A stretch of 64,000 bases of DNA from Nymphaea colorata (Eukaryota), in assembly GCF_008831285.2 (NCBI RefSeq), contig NC_045138.2:15128001-15192000 (forward strand). The letters are read 5' to 3'. Made by a program: the position numbers and the translations under genes. The notes under the pieces are model-generated. The model was given only the letters and a program-made list of their open reading frames with translations, made no database searches and was not told the DNA's origin. Below are positions 24,001 through 37,100 of this stretch, piece by piece (the stretch's first letter is position 1; each line of letters begins with the position of its first letter).

Positions 24001-27000
24001 CATGATCTATCACCAAAATGGACAAAGCTTTTAGATCTCCGTTAAAATATGACTCAGCGAAGTGCACACATAGGTCATGTTAGCCATTTTTTGCATCTTG
24101 ACAACGCAATTATATAGCAAATATCCAATATATCTGCACTTCGAAAGTATTTGCCACCTTCTGTTGATTGAAAACATCGTGCGGCAAAATGGGAAATAAC
24201 TTTTAAGATATTCTCCTGATTAAAGGATTTTTAAGATATTCGCCTAATTTCTGTTACTCTGGTCCAAATAAAGAAGGGGCTCAACCAAGAAAAACCACGA
24301 ACCTCATTTTCCAGGCCATAAAAGCCGTTCGGACCGTCTGCTAATTGGCAAAGCATGATCCATTTTACATCCAACCAAGACCACTCACTCAAGCGATCCC
24401 GGCATAGAGCTCGGATCTAATCCAAAATGGTCTCATTTGGACTCCTAACTGAACCTATTAATGGAGATCTGACACATTTTCCAACTAGAACGCCAAGAAA
24501 ATAATAACATCCAGCCAAGTTTACTCACCCAGGCGATCCTGGCATAGAGCTTGGGCCTAATCCAAAAATGTCTCATTTGTACCCGTAGCTGAAAACCTAT
24601 TAATGGTAGACCTGACTCATTTTCCAATTAGAACGCCAAGTAAATATGGGTTCAGTTTAGATACGTACATTCCTGAAACTCTTGAAGTCTTTCGGATCGG
24701 GTCGTCGGGAATGTGTTAGGATGACCTGTGGCGATGACGAGATAGTCGTAAGGAATGCACCGTCCACCTGAAGTCACGACCTCCCTCTCGGACACGTTGA
24801 CGGCAGTGGACGTGACCACCCTGCCGTTGGTCAGGTAGTGCTTGTGCTCGATCAATGACCTCTGGGCGAAGGCAGGCTCGACCATACATCGCAATGCTGC
24901 CCATGGCACTTCATAGTAGTCCTTCCTGCATTTCATGATTAATCGAGAGAGAAAGAGGGATTTACAAGTAAGGATCGAATTTTGAAGGTGTTGGCACGAA
25001 TAATCAAGAAAAAAGAAAATTCCATGTCAATCCATGAGATATTTTACTGATTTTCCATGTTGAAAGTATCATATGATCATATTATAAATTTCCTTTTGTG
25101 TTGTTTGGAAGGTGTTCTGATATATCCAACTCGATGAATTTTACCTTTTGTTTTCAACAGCCAAAAATTTGATGTTTTCATTTTGCAGCTTTGCTCTTGA
25201 GAGGGGTTCGAAATTTGTGACTAGCTAAGGGAAAACGATATCTAAAACCAACTATCTGTAGATGTGTCAACCAAAAACAAAGAAAGTATAAAACCCCTTT
25301 TCTTTTTAGTAAAGTGATCCAAACGAAAAATCTTAAGTGATACGAGGAACACTTTAAATTCTGAGAGAATCATACTTTCAACTTCGCTCATTGTAGCACA
25401 TCCTATTTCAAGTTTTCCTAATCTTTTGCTTTTACAATTCTCTTGCAGCAATGCAGCTCTTATTATTTTGAAAGTAAAACTATTCCTTCATGGTTTGTCT
25501 CGAATTTTGATCATGCATATCATCGGCCGTGTCAACGACAAGCTACCGCTTATGGGGACCGTTTCATGTAAACTTTTATTTGGAGGGAATCTACAAATTC
25601 TTGTTTAACAAGACAAATTCATGTTTTCTGCCGCTTTAAACACGGTTACCAGTGAATCATTAAGCAATCAGCAAACTGGATTTATATCATCTGAAATCAA
25701 CTTTCGCTTATTTAATTATTTCTTCTTTCCTGTGATGGTATTTACGTTAAAAAGGACAAATTAAGCGACTTGAAATGCTTAAGTAAACGATAAAGAAGAC
25801 TTCATCCATAGCTACAGCGATGACCTCGATGGAGTAGGAACGAATATTTAAAGAAAACCCTTTTTCTTAAAACGCCGCCAATTCGGACTCGGCTGGAAGC
25901 ACACATACCGTCTGTCCTCCACCTCCAGATCACATTTTCAAACGACATGCTGCCCCTTGATTGTCAGAGCGTTCTGATGGGCCTACTAAGAGGTACATTA
26001 TTGAGCTGCAATAATTCTATAGAGCTCCTGGGGAATGTGACTAGGCAGATGATAAATGGTTTGGGACTGACCAAGAAGTGGATGCTTGAAACTTAAGACT
26101 TGATTTGTAGGAAAACAATAATTTGAATATTTGATCCTACTAAAATGTAAGAGACCCGTCCAGGATTTATCTGAGCATCGAAGTGGCAGGTCTGAACCAG
26201 TTTTATAGTCAGTTCGAGGACACTCAATAGGGTAAGATAGTACATGAGTTGTATAATTGGCTCTCCTTTCGTTATAGGAGAAGAAAAGAATGTCTTGTAT
26301 GGGTGAAAGTAAGGCTAGACATCGGGTTAGGTCGCTGGCGGATACTTGGTATCGGGCCTGACTTAGACCCAACAGAAAAAGGCAGCAGGCCGGTCCGATA
26401 ATTTATTGGGTTGACCTGGTTGGACAGCTCAGGTGGGTTTGATAGGTTTTTTTAATATTTATTTTATTAATATATATATATATACAATATTTTTTTATAA
26501 TTAACTATATTAATATATTATTTTATATTAAAAATATATAATTTTTAATTTAATGGGACGGGCCCAAGCTCGGACCCAAGTTTTAATGGTTGGGTCAAGA
26601 TCCAATCTGAGTTTCGAGGGTGTTTGACCTGTCGGAGCCCAATTCTTTATCGGGCTGGCCGGATGCACATGCTGAAAGGACTGTTTTTCCATTTAATGTT
26701 GTATAAATGCTCACGTGTTGGCTATCAAGGAAACTGCAAGTGGGTAGTCCTCATAATTACGAGTGGGTAGTCCTCATGATCATCAAACGCACCTTAGGAG
26801 GCGTTTGATAACTGTGCTTTTGAACAGAACGGAAGGAACATTTTGTCTAAGGGCTAAGGCACTTTTGTTCTGTTTGTTTTGTTATTGGTGTTCTTTATAC
26901 ATCGTTTAAAACTTATTGGTGTTCTTTATACATCGTTTAATGGTTTTAAGAACTGAATACCATATTCCTTCTGTCCGGTATTCAACCTTAGTCTTGTGTT

Positions 27001-27446
27001 AGCTATCGGGCTAAAACTGACCTAGTATTCACTCTGTTGAGTTCCAACCTGACCTGTGGCCAGTTTCGGTTCAAACTTTATAAAACTACAAACCAAGATA
27101 TTCGAAAAAATAAACCCTTCAAGATTCTATAAATTCTTCATACAAAATTATGCTCAAATCCTTTCCCGACATCAGTATTCCACCCCTTCCCAGAGGATGA
27201 CCATTTCTATGTTATCATACTGAAAAGATAGCCTTTTAATAAAAAATTAACGTTAAGCCTTCAGATAATATAACGAATCTCATATAGTAAATCAGGGTCT
27301 TATCAATTGACTTGGCTGGAATACGACGCTCCCAACTAAAACCAGAATGTCAATCTCTAAAACATTTACATCCCTACAAACATTAATCAAGCTTTTCTCT
27401 TTTGCACCAAACCTGCATCGATGCGGGATCAGATCTTATCCTAGCC

Positions 27447-27499
<53 letters not shown>

Positions 27500-29110
27500 T
27501 GTGCACGTTGTTAGGTGTGGCTCAGAGTCAACACAACGAACCCTACGGGGTCAGGGTTTGATGATACGTAAGGCGCAGTTCATATTTCATGTTTGGGTCA
27601 ACAACGATAGGGTCCACTTTTATGCATGTTGTGCGGTATCGCTAGAAATTTTTATGCCCGTCCAAGGCCCAACCTAATTTCCAGTTACTATTGAATGCAA
27701 AGAGCAAATGTTACTACTTTTTCGAGTATCGATCAGGTCTAGTTCATGTAATTTTTATTAGATCTATATAGTTGGTACGCTAAGTTGCATGCCCGATCCA
27801 CTCACTCTTAGAAGTAGGAAGTAAACCAAACAAATTGAACAAGGCAGGTTTGAGCTAAATTCATTAACTTAGCTGAGTAGTAGAAACTTGAGTCCTGCTC
27901 ATCAAGATCACTTAATAAGAAAATATAGCTTTGATGCTTGTTGCATGAATGACTTGATTAACATAATAACTTGGGCTTAAACTCAATGTAAGCTTGAGCT
28001 TGAGGTTGCATGCAATTTAGTAATCTTGTGATCATATAACCATAATTTGATCTATAACTACTTAATTCAACCATTGATTAATTCAAATGAATTGACATAA
28101 TTCAAAAAATACAAGTATAAAATAAATTGACCTAACAAACATAAACGTATACTACTAAGGAGCATGTCACTGAAGAACATGACAAGGGGCTCCACGCCCA
28201 TTGAAGTTGAGCATCTCATTAATAGCTAACTTGACCAACAAGTCGAGAAGAGCTGAGTAAACTTTGAACGAGTACAAGCTGTTATTCCTATTCCCTGCCA
28301 TGGCCGTTCACGTTTAGCCCGTAAATTTGTTGAACCGGGCTGAAACGATCGCAAGCGGAACTGATGACAGCGAGCTTGCACCCTTTTTTTGTTGGCATTT
28401 TTAGTATAGACCTGGACCTGAACGGGTCCAGTTAACGGTTCTGAATCATGTCCAGATCCATACTGAAACAGTAGAATGGCGGGGACAAAGAGGTGGATTC
28501 AACCGGAAAATTACCGCCAAAAATTTTGACTCCGACAGGACTCCGATTTCCGGGAATGACGAGATGCCGAAGCCCCAGAGAGCGGCCAATTTTCTCGATC
28601 TTCTGACGATTATCGAGATTTCTGAAATCCAGGATTTTCTGGACCTTAGTCTCCGCTCAAGCACATCTCGACTTGAAGCTCTAATGGACAACACGAAAAG
28701 TTCCTAGTTTCGGCGTCATTCCGAAGTCAAGGACTTCCAGAACTGCAAATCTTCCCCTATCCGGAGGGAAATCGACAAAGTCGCATTGATGTTCATGTGA
28801 AAGGAAGAAATTAGCTACTTCCGTAGTTCGCGAACTTACAAAAACTCAAGAAAATGCATTTCTCCACAAACTGACAATCCATAAGCAAATATCATTCGTT
28901 TTGCGTATTGGAAAAAAAAAAGTCGAAAGAGAGAAGATGATTCCTCAATCAAAGTAAATGCAATCATGGAAAGCAAGAGGAGAGGGAGGTGAGAGCTTAC
29001 GGATCGATGAGGACGAGATCGGCGCCGAATTGGAGGGTTCTGGCGATGAGCGATCCGGCGGCTCCTCCACCCACGACAACCACCCGCTTGTTACTCCCGC
29101 CGAATTCCAT
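21004..29110 (-). CDS. AIF-homologue/ferroptosis suppressor protein 1 (FSP1/AIFM2)-like pyridine nucleotide-disulphide oxidoreductase, copy B, 4 exons, 361 aa
   Basis: Exons 29110-29001, 24925-24669, 23321-22870, 21270-21004; all GT-AG, phases 2/1/0 compatible, total 1086 nt. Motifs VVVVGGGAAG, IDPKDYYEVPWA, YDYLVIATG, ILIVGGGPTGVELAAE, NIFAIGDITD, KQGYIARKH, SKDLFVGKTRKELG. Confidence 0.95.
22383..22645. mobile_element. Foldback/MITE-like element in intron 3 of the oxidoreductase, containing a perfect 2x56-bp tandem duplication
   Basis: Perfect 16-bp inverted repeat TAACATTATCTTATAC (22383-22398) / GTATAAGATAATGTTA (22630-22645). The interior is built of GTATAAGATAA-like units. Perfect 56-bp tandem at 22416-22471/22472-22527. 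Confidence 0.6.
24367..24647. repeat. Diverged tandem duplication, 2 x about 140 bp, in intron 2 of the oxidoreductase
   Basis: ACATCCA.CCAAG...GCGATCC.GGCATAGAGCT.GG..CTAATCCAAAA...GTCTCATTTG...CATTTTCCAA.TAGAACGCCAAG occurs twice in tandem. Confidence 0.85.
26310..26672. mobile_element. Degenerate MITE-like element with the same architecture as 13900-14261
   Basis: GC-rich GGGCC/GACCC-rich arms flanking an AT-rich core (about 26445-26555). Termini not resolved. Confidence 0.4.
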
Positions 29111-29175
29111 CGATTGTCCGGTGAGGATTTCCGGCGATCAGGTGCCCCTCCCTCCGCGCCGGCTTCCTTTTATTG
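26684..29175. repeat. Duplicated segment copy B (partner of 232-1875), with copy-specific insertions
   Basis: Co-linear with 232-1875. Extra sequence relative to copy A at about 26796-26985, 27185-27797 and 27878-27985. Confidence 0.9.
27451..27503. repeat. Compound (CT)n(GT)n microsatellite
   Basis: Read directly. Confidence 0.9.
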
Positions 29176-30290
29176 TGGGGATAGCCAAAGGGAGGTCAGG
29201 GACAGCTTCACGCGTCTCCAAATGACGGTGTGGAGGATTTGACAATTCTACGGGACTAAAATGCCAACGAAGTTTTCAGCATAGTTTACCAAAAAGTCCA
29301 CTATTTCTTAAAAATTCGTATCTTGCCCGCCATTTCTTCCTTGAATCTCATTGCTCCCTTTTTTTTACTAGGGCAATATTTTTCAATTCGAATATTTTAC
29401 ATTTGCTGATAATTATGGTTTCCAGAAAGAAAATTTCAAAAGAAAATTTTTCAAAAAATATTCAGGCAAACAAATGGTTCATGAAATCCAAAATGGTGGA
29501 TCACATTATAAAGTGGGAAAATACTTAAAAGTGTTTCTATTGCACTAGAATCACAAGAAAAGCAAGCAAGTAACCAAGTTTGTTGTTGAGAATAAGCGGG
29601 CAAAAAGAAAAAAGTTATAACCAAATCGGTTGTTGAGAATAAGTTAACTCACGGTCTTCTAAAAAATATATGACATTTATTGTTCTGATAACAACTTATT
29701 TCTCTATATTATATTCAGAAAAAAAAAACCTTCTTCCTTCAGCATGCTCAAGGAATTGATTTTATAAGAATTGAATCATCACAACACAACACCTTCTGTT
29801 TTTTAAATAGAAAAAATTAAAAAAAAAATGCATTTAATGTCCAGACAAATAATAAATCCTGGTCAACCTTTAAATAGCTGCATAATTTTTCAGAGAAATT
29901 TTTAAAGATGTGTTCACTAAAAAACATTATTTTCTAATGCAAATGACAAAGCTAACAATTATATATATAGAAACGTTATTTTCTTGACTGGTGAATGTTT
30001 TTCTTTTTTCCAGGATAAGTATTAAGATATATCTCTCACATTAGTGTTTTTCTGCTAGGTGGTTCTCTAAGAATTTCTCTTAAAGGTTGAACTCTTATTT
30101 TTCAATTTTTGAAAGTAGAGTCATGATTTGTTGTTGTCCAAATGTTTGGCACCCTTTAGGTAACTTTTCTCTAATAAATAGATTGGTGAAATTTTCATTT
30201 AGAGCTTATTTTCTAATTTTTTTAATTGAACATTTTGTGCTTGTCCTTGTAACTGGTAAGGTCAAGCGTTCAGGCTTTGTTCCAAAATTT

Positions 30291-30308
30291 CTCTCTCTCT
30301 CTCTCTCT

Positions 30309-30340
<32 letters not shown>
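30291..30340. repeat. Compound (CT)n(AT)n microsatellite
   Basis: Read directly. Confidence 0.9.
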
Positions 30341-30346
<6 letters not shown>

Positions 30347-31893
30347 GGACGTGGATTTCTCAGGCTATCAAGATACTCTGGCCTCTCATTTATAATATAA
30401 TAATGTATATATATATATATATAAAATAGGTGGTAGTCTTTGTTTTGATTTCTCATGATATCAACCCTCTACATCTCAAAAAGAGCATCGATATGCAAAT
30501 AGTGCATAGCAGAGCGAGGCTTCACAATACAGCCCTAAACCCTAAAGGGATGAAGGGAAGGGGGTGGGGGCTTCGACTTTCACTCGAGCGAGCGATAGAA
30601 TTACCCTCTTGCTCATCCAAACCAAATATTTTTTAGAGCAGATTCATCAGCGGATTACTGTTGCCAATTAGCCCCTCAGTGCTCCCATATAAGGCCCATT
30701 TGGAGGACGGTGATTTCCTAGATCGGATTCGTCAGAATTCCTGCTAACGATTTCTCTTCTGTAAGGCAGTGTGGGATGAGGAAGCGCCTTCTTTGTAAAG
30801 GATATTGCTTTTGAAGTTATGCTTTCATATAGTTATCTGCAAATTTTAGAGGTTTCAGAAAACTGCTGTTCCCAGGGATTTGTTGAAGCGTGACAAAGAC
30901 GAAGTTTTAATTCGAATGTTGAATGTTTCTTGTTGGGTGATTGAAATTGCACCTGCTTTAGTGGAAGAGAATGTAAAAGTGTAGCAGCTTTATGGGGAGA
31001 AGGGAGGGTGATTTCTTCTCTAAGAGCATAGACTGCTAGTCATCATCCATTCTGTCAATCCCAGTTTGTCGAGGGGATTGTCCCTTTTCAATCCATTCTC
31101 TAGAAATCAGATATGAAAAAAAAAAAATATCCGATTAAAAAATTCAATCAGTCTTAAATTTAAGAAATGACATCCGATCGAAATCGAATTCATATCAGAT
31201 TTCATTTTAAATAAATATTCTATATGCAATACGCTTACGTTTTGTACATGGGCCAGATTCAGTTCAAACTTCACATTCGGATTCAAAAATCAATGTGAAA
31301 ATCGGATTCGGATCTTATTCAAATTGTGAAATCGGACCTTGGATAAAGATTCAAATATAATTTTTCTTTACTTTGAATGTGAATGAGAATATGTGAATAT
31401 CGGAAAAAGAATCCACGGTTAACGGTATAGTTGATTTGAATATGGTCCGTTGACATCCCTATCAATAAAAGAAAACGTAAAAAAGAGGTTGTCATTGCAC
31501 CAGGAATTGAAAACAAACTCAGTGGCTAAGGAAAATGTGGAAAGATTAATGACGGGAATGTTTGACAGGAGAAGACAAAGGTGCCACCGACACTCCAGTT
31601 AAAACGCCCCTTAGTTGTCACACCCTTTTCTATCCCACTTCTACCGTGCGATTGGAAATCAGTAAGAAAACAAGACATGTGGACCCATAATCTCGATGCG
31701 AGAGGTGCCGACGCAAACGCCTCGTCGAAAGGAAGGGAGGAGAATTAAAGATGACATAAATCCACCAAATTCAGATCTTGAATCATGATTCAGTTAGTTT
31801 TGGATTTTAACTTTTGGGTTTGGATCTCATCTCAAGTTCCTTAATACGTGCATTTGCCCATCAAATTTCATTTACAGTTGATTGATATGGACG

Positions 31894-32335
31894 ACGTGTC
31901 GCATTGGGGATTAAAGGCGTCAGATTGGGTGGCATGCAGGTGACACGTATGGGCCATTGCCTACATCAATCAAAAATAAAAATAAAAATAAAAAATTGTA
32001 TATTAGTTGACTTGCTGACACGCGTCCGTCAATGCTCATTCTAAACCAGCTAAAGAAAATCACAAGCGCCCACAGATTGAGGGTTTTGATACCATGGATC
32101 GGGTTCGGGTAAAATCCATGTATACCAAGTCCATCTTGCTTGCTTGCTAGCCACCACACATGGAAATTCTGCAGGGAGAAAGGAAGAGAGAAAGTTCTCC
32201 ATGGATCACTACGCCCATGCTTATCCATCTTTCCACATATGCATGGCATTTGTTTAATGGGAGAAGGCAGAAGGCCATCAATGGATGTGCATGCAGAGAG
32301 ACCGATCATTTATAATTTTAAATGGCGCATGCATG
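31894..32335. promoter_or_regulatory. Cluster of ABRE, CE3 and RY motifs (putative ABA/seed-maturation module)
   Basis: ACGTGTC 31894-31900, GACACGT 31942-31948, GACACGCGT (CE3 reverse) 32017-32025, RY CATGCA 31933, TGCATG 32240, TGCATGCA 32288, CATGCATG 32328. Confidence 0.4.
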
Positions 32336-33191
32336 CTTGCCATGGGATGATGATCTCATCATCTTCTTAAATGATGTGCAGAGTTGGCTTGGTGGGTGGC
32401 TTCCATCTCATCTCAACTTGTTACGATGGAACTTATCCGGATACTCTTTGAAATATGAGAATCAGAAAACCCCTAATTGGTTTTCTCAACCAAAATAAAA
32501 GAAATATATTATTTTTTTTTGTCTCAGGTATTAAAAGTTATTAAAGAATATTTCTGGCTTGTAAACAGCCAAAAAATGCCGTGTCAACAAGCAGACGGAG
32601 AAGTTTAGATTTGTTTTCTTTCTTGAGGTTAGGTATTGCAGGGAATCGGTCCAACAGAGGGCAGGTGAGGGAGTTGATCAACAGACTTACTTATAAGTCA
32701 AATAATGATAAAATGTGGACCCATAACCATAAGCTTCTTTTATCTATATTAAATTTATGTCAGCAAACGCTCCGTCATCTGGATTGCCCACAGGACCTTT
32801 CAAGTTGATTGATTAGAGGGTGTGTGTCGCTATTTGAGCGATTTGATCGACAGTCTAGTCATTGGAAAACGAAGTGCATATCTTCCAGGAAAGGAAATAA
32901 AACTCCGACTTTTTGTCCGAGTAAACTTTATCCCAATTGCCTTAAGGTTATGCACTTAGATGTCATTGTGGTCCGTGGACAATGGCTCCGAGAATCAATA
33001 TCATACCCAATTATATGAGCTACGCCGACTGCATATGTGCATTAACGTTACTTCTCTTTTTATTGTATAGAAAGAACGAGTGAGACTAACAGCTAATATA
33101 AAGGGACCTTTTTTTATTTTGTGACCAATGATTCAATTATTATGAGCCAACACGCTTCAAGTATTACTTGGGTTCAATTATATGGATCAGT

Positions 33192-33226
<35 letters not shown>

Positions 33227-34174
33227 AAACTTATCAAAGCTCAACTGCTTGTGCCTCGTGCGTAAGTATAATTGAATAAAGTTTTTTAATATAATAATCA
33301 AGGCAGAACTACATTTTGTTTTTTTTTTTTAGACTGTGCCGTTTTTTATATATCTCCCATAAGTATATAATATTCATTAAGCTCCTTTCAGTTTCATGAG
33401 ATATAACTAAAAGTGCTCTTTCCACAAACTTACAAAACTCGACTTAATTTTCAGTTTTACAGGTTGCCTAATTTCTGGTCGTCCTCTTTTTTTCTTTTTT
33501 CTTGCATGATTTGGAAACGGACATTCATCTTTAACTGTTTCCTTCATATTAAAACTTAAAAAAAAAAAAAAACTTTAATATTATATTTTACAATGTGACC
33601 TGGACTTATTATGCAGGTCAGGACAAGAATGGAATAGTCGCAAAAGTAAAAGGAGAAGAACTTCAGTACATATTTTATGCGCAGTTTTTGGGAGCTCTTA
33701 CTTTACGACAGCTGGATATGTTGTCCCACCCGAACCATATAACCGGACTCACATTTTGGTACGCTTGTTTTCTGTTCTGTCCTTATTGATTAGGATTCGG
33801 TTCCAACTCTATTGGGTCCTAAATCGACCCGAATCCATTGGAAAAAATAAATGGAAAGAATATGTCGTATTTTTACTCATGCTTTTCCAAAATTATGTTA
33901 TAAATAAGAAACCTTAATTGTTCTTTTAATAAGTAATGAAATAGCTAATTAAGCAAAGGAAGAGGCTGGGGATGGACCCGGACAGAGGATCCGAACCGTT
34001 TGAAGGAAGGAATCTCATCAATGGCAAAGTGGACATTTGCTTTTTGGAGTATCCTGGATGCTGTGGCGCATACGTGTTACATTTCGCCCTCTCTTCCTCT
34101 CTCTCGGACGCTATAAAGTTGTGTGTTCTTGACTCTGTTTCTTTCAGACAGAGACGGCAGAGCATTCCTGTGAG

Positions 34175-37100
34175 ATGGCGGAGAAGTTTGGATCGGAGGA
34201 AGGTTTTCATCTGGAGCAGAGGCATGGAAAGGCCAGGGTGAGGGTTGCTAGAGTGTGGAGGGGAAGAGACGGCCACCAGTCCATGGCTGAGTGGAACGTT
34301 CATGTCCTTCTGCTCTCCGACTGCAAGGAGTCCTACTTTCAGGACGACAACTCCAACATCGTCGCCACCGATTCCATGAAGAACACGGTAAAGAATCTCT
34401 CTCTCTTATTACACCGATTCCATGAAGAATACGGTAAAGAATCTCTCTCTCTTATTACCCGTGTCACCCATGTCACTTTTCCTCTTCGTTTTGTTGTTGG
34501 TGGTGTTGGCGGATTCATTTCTTATTTTCGTGGATCTTTATGGTTGTAAATTTGCGCCAAAACGGTGCATGGGCTAGGTCTATGTTAAAGCCAAGGAATG
34601 TGCGGAGATCACCTCTGTGGAAGAGTTTGCAACTCGACTCGGAGAGCATTTCACAAGGACGTATTCGCATGTAAGATGACTCATCTTGTAGTGTTTGTTT
34701 CCTGCTTTTGTTTCCACGATGAAGATTCCATCTGACTATTATGGCTGTTTTCTCTGTTTCTTTATTCGTACCCCACCTTTTTGCTAAAGTTCGTTTCTTG
34801 AAGGAATTTCTTAAAGGGAATGCTTCCTATACGCGTTTTGGGACAAGTGGCCCGCAGAGAGCCATGAAAAAAAGGAGGGATGGGGAAAGGGTGAGAAGAA
34901 ACGTGATACCAAACTGGTATAAAATATTACTAGGACTTCGGTCTAATTGGGGGTTGCAATAACAAGTTGAATTATAATATTATGTTGCTTCCGCTTTCTG
35001 GAGGAGTCTTTAGCTGCAGTTTGCATTCGTAAGTTTAGAGGATTATATAACATGTTGCTTTTCACTAATTTCACCTCAGTTTTGCAATTCAAAATATGAA
35101 TATGTGTGCAGTGCACGTGCATATTTGGACAGATAAATGCATGCCTTCTTGCTACGCGTATGTTCATATATTCATATATATATGTATATCTACCCATATA
35201 GTGCATGGAGTTGATTTTGATAGTTTTTGGTGTGGACATGTTGCAGAAGGTAATAGATAAGCTATTTCTAGTTTGGTTCTCATGAATTTAACCTTGCAGA
35301 TGTGTTTGCCATGGTCTGGAACCTAAAAAACATGGTTGATCGTCCAAACCCAATGAAAATGCACGAACTTGTGAGACTCGTAATCTATAAAATTATGAAC
35401 CTTGGACTTTGAACACTTACAAGATGCAGTTCAATTGTTGGAACTTGGCAATTCTAAAGATGGTTCCTTCAGAATGAAAGAATAAGAAGTTCTCCAGAAA
35501 ATGGTCATGCTCTCTCATCAACATTTGCTTCTATTTCCATTAGGTCAGAGAAAGGGCAAAACAGAGTCTGTTTTTAACCAAGTTAGTAGTTAATTGAGTT
35601 ACCCAAGGTATGTACAAGTAATCTGCCCCATGATATTTCCTTATCTTCTTAAGTACCCAAGGTTCACTTTCTGTTCTTGCTTTTCTTCTTGCTGGTCCGT
35701 GTCTAGTACTAGATTTTGTATATATAATAATATAAATTTAGATTTAATGGCCTATTATATTAGAATCCCCAAAGACTTGAGGTTGTTTTCCTTTGAGAAC
35801 AGAGAACAAATATCTGGATCTGTGCTTAGGTCAAATATTTATCCTAATAAAAAGAAAACATGTGAAATAGCTAAATGATTCAAAGAAATATGCCGTTTGA
35901 TTTTATTTTTTGTTTTCCTCAACTTTGGGAGAAGTCAGGCGCAGGAAAAATTAATTTTTTTTATCTTATGCAAAACTGGAAAAGTAATGAATCTCATTCT
36001 CTTGGAGATTAAAAAAAAAAAAAGCATCTAACCTTTCTTACGTAAAATCCAATGCATCTTGGTGACGAAGACACTTGATACTCATCGATATGTGTGTACT
36101 GCAAAGGACCATGACATTACATGTGCAAACATGTGGCTTTTGCCTGTAAAAATTGCATGAAATGTGCAACTTATTTTGTTTCTGTGTCTCTTTTTTTTCC
36201 TTCCTGATGCATCTATCTGCATGATGCTCCTTCTAGGTCACATGTGCAATCATCAAGATCATTGAGAAACCATGGGAGCGGATAACCGTAGATGGCCAAA
36301 TGCATAAACATGGTTTGTGTTCCGTGCTTTTCCTCTGATGACAAACCGTTTGCCTGTTGCAGCTTTATCTGTCTTTGTTATGTCATGTCTCAGTTCATGC
36401 TACTTTGCTATCCATGTTCATTTCTTGCATGTTTAAGCTACATTTTGTGTCTGGGACTGAAGTTTTTTATACATTTTTTTTTATTGCACAATTATTGCTT
36501 TATGAAATCTTGTAGCTTGTATTTTTAAGTTCTGTGGTCGACATGCTTATTTAGCATATATTTCTTAAAGACATTTTCCTGTCCAGGATTTAAACTTGGA
36601 TCTGACAAGCATACTACCGAAGTGGTGGTGAAGAAAGATGGCTATCAGGTTACATCAGGTATAGAAGGACTGGCTCTGCTGAAAACAACTAAGGCATGTA
36701 TTTCCCAGCCTCCTTCTATTCTCTCTTTTATGCAAGCAGAAATGCCTTTTCTCCTGGAACAAAAACTTTTACATATTGAATGCTTGAAGCTGATAAAGTT
36801 GAAGATGTCCCCCTTTCTTTTTTTCACCATGCAATCCACTGTTTTTTTGTTCTCATTTAATCAATGTAGTTTTTTGCATTCGATGAATTGTGACCTGCAG
36901 CTTTGATGACATGCTTATTTTCTGGGACGACTTATTTGAAGCACAATGAAGTTCTGGTAGAAAATTCCTGAAGAAGACAACTTGGGACTCTTAAAAAAAT
37001 TGAAAATTTTTGTTGCAAAGTGTTGCTGAGAAGAAAAAATTTTGCTTTCATGATGGATCTAGTCATGTGCTCTTTACAGCTGACAACAAGGCAGTGGTAG

